Shown here: positions 48,723-60,700 of the stretch, piece after piece
Numbering within the stretch: position 1 is the first letter of the stretch
Layout of the letters: every line of letters starts with the position of its first letter
Assembly (NCBI RefSeq): GCF_963921235.1
Contig: NC_086108.1
Span: 96,908,001-96,972,000 of the forward strand
DNA: 64,000 nucleotides
Direction: 5' to 3'
Origin: Mobula hypostoma
Taxonomy: Eukaryota
The notes under the pieces: generated by a model
Database searches by the model: none
Seen by the model: only the letters and a program-made list of their open reading frames with translations
What the model was told of the DNA's origin: nothing
Position numbers and translations under genes: made by a program

Positions 48723-49864
48723 GATATTATAAAGCATTTTTCATTAACACGAGAAAGCCTGCAGATACTGGAAATCCAAAGCAACACACACACACACACA
48801 CACACAAAGCCGGAGTACTTGCTTATCAATAAATTGTTTACATATTTTGTCTATTAAAGCGACCAGCTTCGTCATAATGCTTGAATTGAGCAAATTATAT
48901 TAGAAGCTGGCCTATTCACTTTATTTTCGGAACATAGGGCGAAGCACTCTGTTGAACAAAATGTAGTGAGTTCAACGCAAGTAATGGTATAAGTCTGGTC
49001 AGTCAGTTCCGAGTCCCCGAGCCCGGAAAATCGATAGGTTTCCATTATCAGGTTCGGGTGGGTCACTGCTCTGTCAATGAGCTGTTAGAGGTGGAACGCA
49101 GAGGTGAGCCTGGCCAGTCAATCGGTGCTGACAAGAGAAAAATATGCTGACAGTCGGTATGAACAAGTCGGGACACAGATTTGCACTTCATTTCTTGCCC
49201 AAAGAGACTTTTGAACAAGGACATTACAAGGCTGAGCACGCTCCGAGGGACAGGCAGATTTACCCCTCCACCCTTGAGCTTACAATCACCACGTAGAGGA
49301 CCACGTGCCGTTTATTTTCATGGGGCAGTAACTAAGGACGGCGCTGGGGGAAGAGGAGTTTGGTTGATTCAGCCTATTTAATACATCCCAGCACCAACAG
49401 CTCAGGCATTTTCTTACTAAATTACTTTTGACATTATGTAGGACTGCGTATATCACAGCCTCCTCAATTCTTCACAGATTATAACTACTTTAAAATCCAT
49501 TTTTTCTGCACGCATTCCATTACAGATTAACATTCCGTGAATAATTTACTTACATTTCTGGGACACATCCTTAGTTCACCTTGATGCGTGGTCCTGAATT
49601 TTCCTGCCTCACGTTTTCATTCAACGTCAGGACAGCACTGAAGGACAGTCGACTTTGTATGTCAACTTCCTTCACTTTGCTGGAGCTGTTGGCGACACCA
49701 CGGTTTTAGTTAGTTGCTTTGAAGTTTTTTAATAAGTAATTCTGCTCCGTGACACTTTAAACTAACAGTGTCACGACATATAAATCAAAATATTAGGCCA
49801 ATTCACAGGGTAATTAAGACATTTTCTGCGTGTGCCATATTTAATAATGATTTTATATATAGTT

Positions 49865-50238
49865 GTCCCACTCCCATCAGGGAGGAGTCTATGTAGCATC
49901 CAAGCCAAGACCTCAAGACTCAAATACAGTTACTTTCCCTAAGCAGTAAGGCTGATCAACACCTCTACGCACTTACCCACCCACCCGCACCACCACTACT
50001 TGATCACTACATGTTAGAGTCACCTTATGTACAGACACTCCAGTGCCTTGCGTCACTTTATGGACATACAAACAATCTGTGTATGAAAGCTATCTTATGT
50101 GTTTGTATGTATTATGTTTTATTATTATGAGCTTTATCTTATTGTTTTTATGCTGCATCGGATCCGGAGTAACAATTATTTCGTTCTCCTTTACACTTGT
50201 GCAGTGGAAATGACATTCAAACAATCTTGAATCTTGAT
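49865..50238 (+). mobile_element. Rex1/Babar-like 3' fragment
   Basis: LPSGRSL..TSRLKYSYFP remnant and tail aacaatcttgaatcttga. Confidence 0.7.
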
Positions 50239-53200
50239 TGTCTGAGATGCTCTGTGGGGCGAAATGCTGGGGAAATTATTGCGCAAAAAAAAAAGTTCCG
50301 CTGGAAAATGAAGTGATGGGTGCGGGGAAATTTCGCTCTAATGCTCTCCGTTTCGCTCTCCTTGTAATCTACCAATCGTGGTCGCAGGGGCTGTAGGGAA
50401 TTCGGGTTAATATGTTGACAGACTTAACAATCCGGGGTCATGTTGCACAACACGCCTGACTGGTTTAGTTGAGTGCACCCCTCTGACAGGTTCTAATCAC
50501 CCAGTGCCCTAAAGGCAGAGGTGCAGATAGGATTTTAATTACTGCATTAAAGACAATTTTGCCAGTACAAAATTGAGACATAATTAAGGCTCAGAATTTT
50601 AATAATTGTCTTAGCTAATTGGGCAGACAAGTATTTTATGCAGCAATTGTTAAACCCTGGGACGATTAGATAATTAGTATTTCAAAATGACTAAATTGTG
50701 CTCTTGATTACAAATTATAGACGAGGGTAGGCCATCGACCGGGCCTCTATAAATGCATTAAATGAAAGATTATTTTTTGTTATAGTAATGTTACATTTCA
50801 TCAATGACATTAGTTCAAGTGCATTCAATGAGAGTCTATTTATTAGAAGTATCAGTACAAGAATGGGCTAAATATATTGACACTGTGTGGTGCATGTTTT
50901 CGGAACAACTGGATTTCGGAAAAATAGCATAAACACGGCGAATTAAAACGCAATCATGCCTTGCTATTAAAAAGCGCGTACTTCCCCAGTGTTCCATTAC
51001 ACGTGTCTTTGATGGAATGGATCGCTCTGTAGGCAAGGCCAATGTACGTCCCTTTGCCCACGCCGATGACTTGATCTCGTGTCCCGACAGGGTTTCTAAC
51101 CCAGGGATAATGCGAATCAGTGCATTTAGGTTTAGATCTGCCCACTGTCTAGTGCGGTTACTCACAGCATCGTGGTGAATAGCGGGGGGAAAAGACCAAA
51201 CTCCTCCCTCGTCTACACAATTCTGGCCTTGAATGTTTATGTCCTGGGTAAATGAATCATCGGAGCAGCTGCCTTTTTTTCTTATCACATCGGTCAAAAA
51301 AGTCATTTGTTAGGTTAGATTAGACTCATTGTACTAAAGTGACAACTAAGGTGTCGTTTTTTATGTTGTGCTTTTTTTAAAAACTCCAGTGCCAGCAAGC
51401 TTTATTTGATAGTATGATATGGCTGGTGACAATTTCACGGAGCATACACTGATACAGATATGTCTGTATTGATGAATGCAAGACCAGTTTGAGAAATTCT
51501 CAAAGACTGGACTGTCTCTTGATGTACACCTACATAGTTAGCGTAATACGGTGGCAATAATTTCTCCATCGGTTTCAAACAACAATAGAATTACGACGCA
51601 GTCGCTCTGCGACTAAGACATCCAAGTAATAACACTATACGGAGGATTATTTGGCGACTTCTGCAGATTGTGTTGTGTGAAGCTCCGTGAAGCACCTCTG
51701 GCGATATCATTATTTTCTATTAATTACTCGCTAAAGCATGCCTTTAGAAGCGGGGATAGGTGTGACTGGGTGCTGGTCAGTAAGCAGCTGCCCCACATAC
51801 CCGCAGGCGAAATGTGACCTCCTTTCTATCTTTCCTTTTGATAAATACGCGTGGTTAACCAAAACATTGTTTTTTCAAAAGATTAAAGTAAGTAAAATTA
51901 GCAATTTATATCTACTGTTGGACGGTCAACGCGCAAAAGTAAATCGTTATGAAATATACATTTTGTTTGCATTGAAAGGACTTGTGGAATAACCATGTAT
52001 ATAATTCACACATGACATAAATCTAAATATTCTATACATTATTTAAAAACGGGAATAAGTACTGCCATTTATCTAACACTCAATCTTATATTTTTGTATT
52101 TGTAAAATACATGATAGAAATTGGTTCTTTGGTTTATCTGATCTGTGCACATAATACAAAAGCCATACATTCTAATTGCATAACGTATATGTCCAGTAAG
52201 GAGGGCATCAATTTACATCCCTGCGGGGATACTATCTTATCACTTTAAAAGAAATCCAATTTAGAAGACAACTCCGTCAAATTAACCTCAGCTCTATTTT
52301 CCTTGTAGGACCTCTAGCTTTACATTATCACTTGGCGTATGCCACACTTTCAAACGTATTTTGCTTTCCCTTTGTCACACACATTCGCCAGCAGACATGC
52401 AAATCTGCAGCCGAACGCGAGGGGACACTCTGCATTTACACAGAAGGGACTGTCAGTGTCTGTCTACATCATTACGGGACAGGTTTGCAAATGCGCACGT
52501 GGTAGAGTTTTGCAAAGTGAGTCTTGAGATACAAGTGGCGAACATTTTTTTTACGCTATAGTTTATGAGTTCTGCTAAAACATCTTCAACGTCAAACCCG
52601 AACAACGATGAGGCCTGACTATTCTGTGCAATGACAAATTAGCAAGTGTGATTATGTTGTGTGAAAAATGCGGGTCTTCTCCGCCGGAAAAAAAATTGAT
52701 TGTGGCTTGAAACCAGTCAATGAAATGTTTTAATAAATAAATAAAACGAAGCAATGCAGGTTGTTTGTCCATTTACACTGAATTCTCTCTCAGAAGCAAG
52801 TACTGTACTGCTAAAAGACAATTCATTCGCCCTTCACTGTTGGGCGAAAGCAGTATCGAGGTTACGGCGCATCCCTGAGCAGCCGGTTCGAAAACCCCGG
52901 AGGCCTGTTAAACTCACCTCCGAATCCGTACGTGACAGGATATTTATTTGATTCTAACTTCCGCATGCTGCCCAGGGGCTAACGGCAAAAACCATGAAAG
53001 AAACTGCACCCCGGGACAAAGTAAGTAACATGTTTCCAAATACTGTAACCCAGCCACTGTTCTGGTGTGAGTTACCTGTTCGGTAGAATGAGCGGCGCTG
53101 CAGTGAAGGCAGTCCCCGGCTTTCTAAATTGGGCATCAAAAACGCGCAAGAAAAGAAAATGGAAACGTGAGAATATTTCTGCTCCGTCGGCAGAAGTGAA

Positions 53201-54611
53201 TTGAATAAAAATATCAAACCACCCAATTCCTGGCAAACCACTCTGCATTAGCCATGATTAAGGAGAGATTGAGCAATTAGTTTAATATGTTGAATGCAGT
53301 CTGTTGGTCTGACTAAGTGTAAATAGCACAGGGAAGATATTTCAGTCCATTCATCTTCGCCTCTAGAAAGTAATTCAGCAGCAAAACTAAAAAAAAACAG
53401 CCTTTCTGACTTTATAATCGTTATACGGACTGGTCAGGGGCCGCCTTGCACTCTAATACTGACAACAGGGGTGTGTTTGTGGTTATTTAACGTCAGAACT
53501 GTTCAAACTGTTCCGAAAGTAATCACCGACTGAATGAAATTACTGTTCCTGAGCCACTTCCGGTCTGAAGTGCTCCGGCTCATCATCAAGACGTCAAATG
53601 TTGGCTGGAAGACTTTGGCGCCGAGGTAATCGCGAAGGGTCCTGCGCTTTTGTTACAACTGACAGGGAATCTGCAACGGGACACCATAGGATAGCGCCTA
53701 TATTTCAAAGAACAGAAGGTGCAAAACAGACCAATTATTAGTTAAAAGCTGATTTATATACGTATATGATATATATTTCAAAAACTACTTTGAATTTCTG
53801 TTTGAAATGAGAAAACTGCTCCACAATGACTTAGCCACACTTTGAAATAGCAGTACAGAATTAGAATTAAATTGATAAACTACAAATCTGAAATTATGTG
53901 GAATATTCAGGACTGAATCAGCGCCGAGAAAGAGGTCTTTGGCATTATCTTAATTTCAAAGTGAGTTTATATTTATTGACATCTCAGTACTGAGTTTACG
54001 ATTATAAACTCGTCATCAGGAAGAGGGAACAGCAGAAACATTGCGCCTTCCATCGCCGCACGGTGCCCAATGCCTCTTAAGAGTACTTTTGAAATGAAAT
54101 ATCGGCAAACAGCAGGCGCACATCGAGATCCAAGAAACGGGATTGAGACAAAGATCTGATTATCAGTTTGGTGATGTGCGTTGGGGGTGGGGTTGATAAA
54201 TATCGGCCAGGACTCCGGGCCTTTCTGTAACGCTGCAAACTGCATCACCCGAGAGGCCAAATAGAGCCTCAGACTAGTTCGACGTGTGAAAAACGTTACA
54301 TGCGACACTGTAGCACGCTCTGAGTACTGTTCTGCCAACGTTAAGCTGGAGCAGGAGCTCAGAACTCAGGAATCATAGTTGGACCCACAACCTGGCTCAG
54401 AAACAGTGCGAACTCCCAACTAGGCTGGAAACTTTATCTGAGAGCGTCTGTTTCCCACTCTTGCGATATTTTTTTTCCCCAATAAGTGACTATATCGCAG
54501 CCTAAAGATTTAGCAAGGTGTTAAACCTGGCAGGGCTAGTAGGTCATGTTGGAGTTGGAGCGAGGAGCGGGAATTGACAGATCTCTCCTGTTATGGTTAC
54601 ATTTTTTTTGT

Positions 54612-54853
54612 TAACGGCAGCGTAGCGGTTGGCGTAATACTACTACAGCGCCAGCGACTCGGGTTCAATTCCTATCGCGGCCAGTGAGGAGGGTGTATGC
54701 TTCCCGCCCTTCCCGAGGCCGCGTGAATTTCCTCCACTTGCTCCGGCTTCCTCCCACATCGCAAAGACGCACGGACTACTTGGTGAAATTTGGCGGCGTG
54801 GCCTCATTGGGTCGGAAGGGGCTGTTACCGCGATGTATCTTTAAATAAATAAA
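54612..54853 (+). mobile_element. V-SINE, CpG-retaining
   Basis: tRNA-like head (gtagcggttggcg, B-box gggttcaattcc), V domain ctccggcttcctcccacatc, and a taaataaataaa tail. Confidence 0.8.
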
Positions 54854-56764
54854 ATTACCCCAAACATATCTTTTCATAGCCTTCGCTGGTTTGTTGTAAA
54901 GTTGCACTTAATTTTAAGTAGTCAAATTATATTGGGACATTGGTTTCAATACTAGAATTCAGATGAAATCCTGTAACAGAAACTGCAAGCAGTTAGGGAT
55001 GTCGTAGTTATTACAACCTTTTGGAAATCGGCTTTCACTGATACTTAAGAGAGAATGATTAAGTTCTTAGTAACTGCTTGTCAGTGGAACACGTAGTCCT
55101 GCATTTCAGTCTCTTTGAAACGCTATTTACAAGTCGTGGCTTTATAATCACGATTGGTTTAAGATTTTATCGGTAGAATTGCCCGATATTGTATCTACCA
55201 GATTACTTGAACCCAGGATAATTTTTCCACGGCCAGCAAGTGGAATGAAAAGTACCACAAACGTTCATTTAGTGTGGTTTATTATTGTCGCATGTATCAA
55301 GATACAGTGAAAAGTTTGTCTTGCATACTGGTCATACAGATCAAATCATTGAGCTAGAATAAGGTAAAACAATAACAAAGCTGAATAAAATGCTAAGGAT
55401 ATCGAAAAGTGCAGTGCAGGTAAACGATAAAGTGCAAGATCATAACAAGGTAGACCGCGATTTATCTGGAAACTCAGTGAATAACTTTGGCGCCATCTAC
55501 TTCAGATACACACCTTTATAATTTAAAAACGAGAGCTGAAAACGAGCTCTTGTAGTGAGCGGAGACAATGTAAATCTTTTGTCAGATGTCTAAAACAAAA
55601 TTCTTCAAACTCACTAAAGCAAGATGTTCAATAACCCCACAAGAAATAGCAAAAGTTGAACGTTGAGATCAAGAATGACAAAGTAACTTACTTAAAAGTT
55701 TAGAACATTCACTTAATTCTAGGATGAAATTTATACACGTCGTGATTGCGTTGTGTGAGTCCCAATGCATTATTAAAAAAAAAATTAAATGTCACATTTA
55801 GGTTGCAGTCGTCATCAGACATAATCATACTTAATTAGAGTAATTTATCGTTTGGATACTTGATGAACTGCGGTCCTTGGTCGGAATACATGTACTTAGT
55901 TCCTCTCACGGGAATCAATATCGCCGGATTGCTAGGAGGCTCACCGCGCGAGCGAGGAGGATTCTAACTTCGAAAGAGAATGCAGGCTAGGAAGTTCGCC
56001 GGGCTGCGGGAAACTTTGGGAAGTTTGTGCTGCAGTTAGTAACTGATAGGAAGCCGAACGGAGAGAAAAGCGGCAGTCATACTCTCAGAGAAACTTGATG
56101 CAAATCCCACAATCAGACAGTTTAATTGTCGCATGGGCTCTAAGTCACTTACACCCCAAATTTTTGCTTCTTGCCCGAGCAATTTCAGTTTTTACAAGGT
56201 AGCGAGGGTAATCACTCGCAACACCAGATATCAGTCAATTTCACCTCGACCTGGCAACTCTCGTAACTCGACAGTTCTAGAGTCAACAAGCTGTGCTTTA
56301 AACACAGCCGCGCCAATGGGGACTCTACAGACTTCAGTCTGAACCTCATTTTGTTTCTTTTCGGCGCCTTAAGTTAACAGCAACATGCACCGTGCCTTCG
56401 GCCTCTTGCGTTTAATTAATTAATTGCGACATCACGACCTAGTCATCTCAAGGGGGTTATTCGGAAGGCTGACTGCAGTAGCCTGGTCGAGTTGCCGTTA
56501 TGAACGTTTCTTTTCTCGTACCGTTGTATACTACACTTGTATTTAGTTTGGTACTTCATATTGGCACCACGTCGGCTATTTGTAAAAAAGATGACAGGGG
56601 TTCACTGAATTTCCAATAACTAACTTTGACGTTAAGGTCATAACTTTAAAAGAGTGAGTCCGATCGTGAAACGCGCTCTGACGGGAGACAAGTCCACCTG
56701 CGTTTTGCCAGGTGACCGCCGCGTCGATATTAATTTGAAACCAACACTTATAGTATAATCCAAA

Positions 56765-56892
56765 AGCGAAACACTGCAGACGCTGGAAACCTGAGGTAAA
56801 AACCAGAAAGTTCTGGAAATTCTCGGCAGGTCAGACAGCATTCGTAGAGACACAGAGTTAACGTTTCACGTCGGTGACCTTTCACCGGAACA
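56765..56892 (-). mobile_element. Old Penelope-type terminus with a mutated hammerhead core
   Basis: actgcagacgctggaaac start as in the other Penelope ends. Minus strand GTT-CCGGTGA-AAGGTCACCGACGT-GAAA-CGTT-AAC. Confidence 0.55.
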
Positions 56893-57269
56893 CAAGACTA
56901 CTTCCAGGTGACGAATTCTCGGCAGGTTCAAGGGCTTGCACTTCTTTTCCAGTGAATTTCACGTCCAGTTTACATCCCATCAGTGGTAGAGACACTTTGG
57001 AGCAAGTTCTGTTCTCTACGGTGAGCCAGCCACTCCAAAATGTCATTTTTTCTTCTTGTTGTTGGCGTGATTCGATTTAATACTGTCGATGTTTGTGGTT
57101 CTTTCGTCTCATGGAACATGTTACGTAGGATAATTGGATAATGAAGTGGGACTGTCGTGAAAGAACCATCAAACGAATGGATTATATAACCCGAATGCTC
57201 ATAACTTCAAACTCATAACTCTTCCGTCTCATTCGAAAGATAACGAGTGTTTGTTCACACATCGAGGAT

Positions 57270-57710
57270 GGCTAATTAAATGGTTAATGTATGAGGAGTA
57301 TTTGATAGCACTGGACCTGTACTTATTGGAGTTTAGAAGAATGAGGAGGGTACCTCGTTGAAAACTATCGAATTTTGAAAGGCCTAGACAGAGTGGACCT
57401 GGAGAGGATGTTTCCTATAGTGGAGGAGTCTAGGGTCGGATGGTACTGCCTCAGAATAGGAAGGCGTCCCTTTAGAACAGAGATAGGAGGAATTTCTTTA
57501 GCCAGAAGGTGGTGAATCAGTGACCACAGGCGGCTGTGGAGATCAAGTCATTGAGTATATTTAAAACAGAGGTGGATAGGTTCTTGATTAGTCAGGGCTT
57601 CAAAGCGTACGGGGAGAAGGGGTTGAGAGGGATAATAAATCAGCCTTGATGGAATCACGGAGCAGACATGATGGGCCGATTGGCTTAATTCTGCTCCATT
57701 GTCTTATAGC
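57270..57710 (+). mobile_element. CR1 LINE 3' fragment
   Basis: Collinear with 31110-31517. Confidence 0.85.
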
Positions 57711-60700
57711 TATGCCTTTCTTTTCAAATTGGGTAAATCTGAATCATAGCGTCAATTTGCCGAGTGTTATTCCTCTGGCAGAGAATTGCTCTGCTATACC
57801 AAAATTTAACAATTATTCTGTGCGTTGGTTTAATTTACGAACGTTTCTGTTTATGTTTATTGGGCTAATAGAGAAGTTCACAGTCAGCCAAACAAGGCCG
57901 GGTGTGCCCTTAATTCCCTGATGTGGTCTGGGCCTTTGCAGGTTGATTTTTTTTTAAAGAGGAAGTTAACACGTTCAGGCGACATCCACCCATATTAGGG
58001 CAGTCAAGGGCCGTGCATGTGTACGGCGGACACAAAACACACAACTTTGGCCGTGATAATGTTAAACACCCCATCCCTGGAAAGTCCACTACTGATGTCC
58101 CTCTTGCCTTTGGTATTGCGAAAAAAATTTGCCCGAGATGAATTTGTAAAGCAGAAGCACATCAGACTATTATACAACGTATTGATGATTTATCAGTGTA
58201 TTGCACAGTAATGGTGTGCTTTACATGCCTGATCAGTATAATTTGAAACAATTTGAGAAATGAGACGAGTAGGTTCAAAATCTGATTGGAACAAGACACT
58301 ATTGAGGGCAATTATAGGGTTTATTTATTCTCTAATCATGTCATATTAGATTGCGATTCAGTGGGTCTTGGAGAAAATATTTTAAACAAGTTATTGTGTG
58401 CTGGAAATGAAAAGACATATTTAGGTTTAGCCTCGGCAGCAGGAAGCGTGCAAGAATCAGATACATTATACGGTCATCATGTTCGCTCTTTATTTTGTCG
58501 TATTATGGACATGATTATAATTGATAATATTCAATGGGATCATTTTAATGACCATATGAATGACGTTGGTTCGATAGATTCTTACGTGCTTTTTAAAGCA
58601 CGGATTTTTAAGAATTAAACATTTTATTTGATATTCATATTATATGGAAATGCGGTGAGTCAAACTACCGAATATTCCCATTATCTGAAGCTGGGTTATT
58701 TTCCTATTAAAATACCTGGCATTTCAATTCTCCAAGCCGTAGTAGAAACCCATAGAATACCTGATGCGTCAGCGGGAAATTAAAAAAAGGGGTATTCTTC
58801 GACGGCCTTGCTCCCGCCTTTAATTGCAAGCTGAATACACAGGCAGTTAGAAAGGTAAAAGAAGATGACTGGGCGGGAGAGACAAGTCGAGGGAAAGGCT
58901 GACACATTAAAGAGCCGTCGCATATGAAGCTAACAGGCGCATGCTTTACAAAATCACATGCAGCTTTTGAGACAAGTAGCTTGTCTTATGCTTGAGTTTT
59001 TCCCCCTTGTATATAGTGTCAATCTTAAAAGAACCATCTCGTGCTTGGAGAAGAAGTGCGTGGTTTCATATTTCTCCTTACCTTTGCGAGATGCTCTCTG
59101 CATTAGACGAGCAAAGACACGTTTCAGAATGAACAAAATCAGTAATTAACATATTGAGGGCTTATGTCAAAGCTACTTTTATTGACCTATATAAATGTTA
59201 TTAATAAGGTAGCGCGGCCTAATCTATGGGATATATGCATATATCGTAAAGCAAATCACATTTATTCTGCAAAAATAATGGAACAGAAATAGATTTAAAA
59301 TCGGAATGGCATATGTAGGATTATATGGCTGAACTTTTTTTCATCTAAACCTCAGGGAATGATCCCGCGGAAATGCTTCTTTGTAAACATTATGCGCTGC
59401 AAAACCCGAGATACTCATTTCTTGAGAAGACGACCCATTTGTAAATGATATCCATCTCAGTCACTGGGGAAAGCTGATCTGGGATCTCCGAATGACTGGC
59501 GCAGTATTGCTCAGATTTTCATTCCGCCGCAATTTAACAAATATACACTGAAACGGAGCCCTGCCTCACAGGGAGCGAAAGTACTGTGCTTTGCACGCCT
59601 TAACAAATAAGCTTAGGGAGACCAGGGCTTATGTTTGAGTGACCGGACGATATTTATCTAATTGGCCTGTTTCCATTTTTATTTTCTCTTTGAAGGCTTA
59701 TTGTCCCATTGCCTACTGTTGCAAAATAGGGGAAAGATGTTTCAAAATCTTATTATATATTTGAAATAGTTCCAGTATTTACCATGTAACTCACAATAAT
59801 AGAATTAAATATCTGCACGTTTAAAAAAACTAACGCAATCTTTGTGACATGTTTGTCAAATTGTGTATTTCTGCCCACCACACTTATGTGGATAGTAATT
59901 ATTAAAATATAATTAGTAAAATATTGCCAAGTTGAAGAGACTTTTTTTCCGATACCTTGCGTCTTTATGGTTAATTTTTGCGGATGGTTCATATTTTATT
60001 GGATAACATTTTGTATATCAGACACGTTTTGTTTATTGTAGTTTTATTGCGTGCAACTTCTTCATTAGAGATCGCCTCCGTTAGCCTGCTATTTTGGCTA
60101 CTTTGGTAATTTCCTAACCACTGTAGGTATAATGACGGTTTTGACAAGGGGACCCGCTGGAAAAGCGCTTTTCTGCTGATATAGTATTGTGGGTTTTGTC
60201 GGAGTTGATCCTGATTTGAAAGCAGCATCCTGGATAGTTCCAGCACCTGCCATCGCTTTGCATATCCAGTGTGTCATTAAAATATGAATGGCTCGACAAA
60301 ACGCTCTCTTGTTACTGTAGTCGGCTCATTATATATTCCTCCTCAATCCGTTCTGTCAATGTTTGGTCGCGGTCCGCTGTAAACAACCGTGCTCACTCAC
60401 GTTTCCCAATTCTGTTTATAATTACCACTTGGCAAATGCAAGCCGTAAAAGTGAGACAAATCGCTCTGCGTTCGGCGGAGCCTGTGTTTTTTTTTTGGTG
60501 GAGAGGGGGGCGGGTGGTGGACTATAATAGTTTGCGATTAATGCCAGACTGTTTTGCTTGGGCCCCGGCCGCCCATTCGAAAGCTCCGAGCTGACAACGC
60601 GTGTAAATTTCATGATCATCCTGGGATTTGTCACCTGTTATATATTCTACTTACTACCTGTCACCAGAGGCGTGCAGTTTCTCTTCACGCCAGCCAATTC

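Noticed and set aside
50836..51306. 156-aa ORF (minus), and likewise the 154-aa ORF at 60554-61018
   Set aside because: No recognisable domain or family resemblance and no convincing exon structure; treated as chance ORFs. I cannot exclude lncRNA exons.
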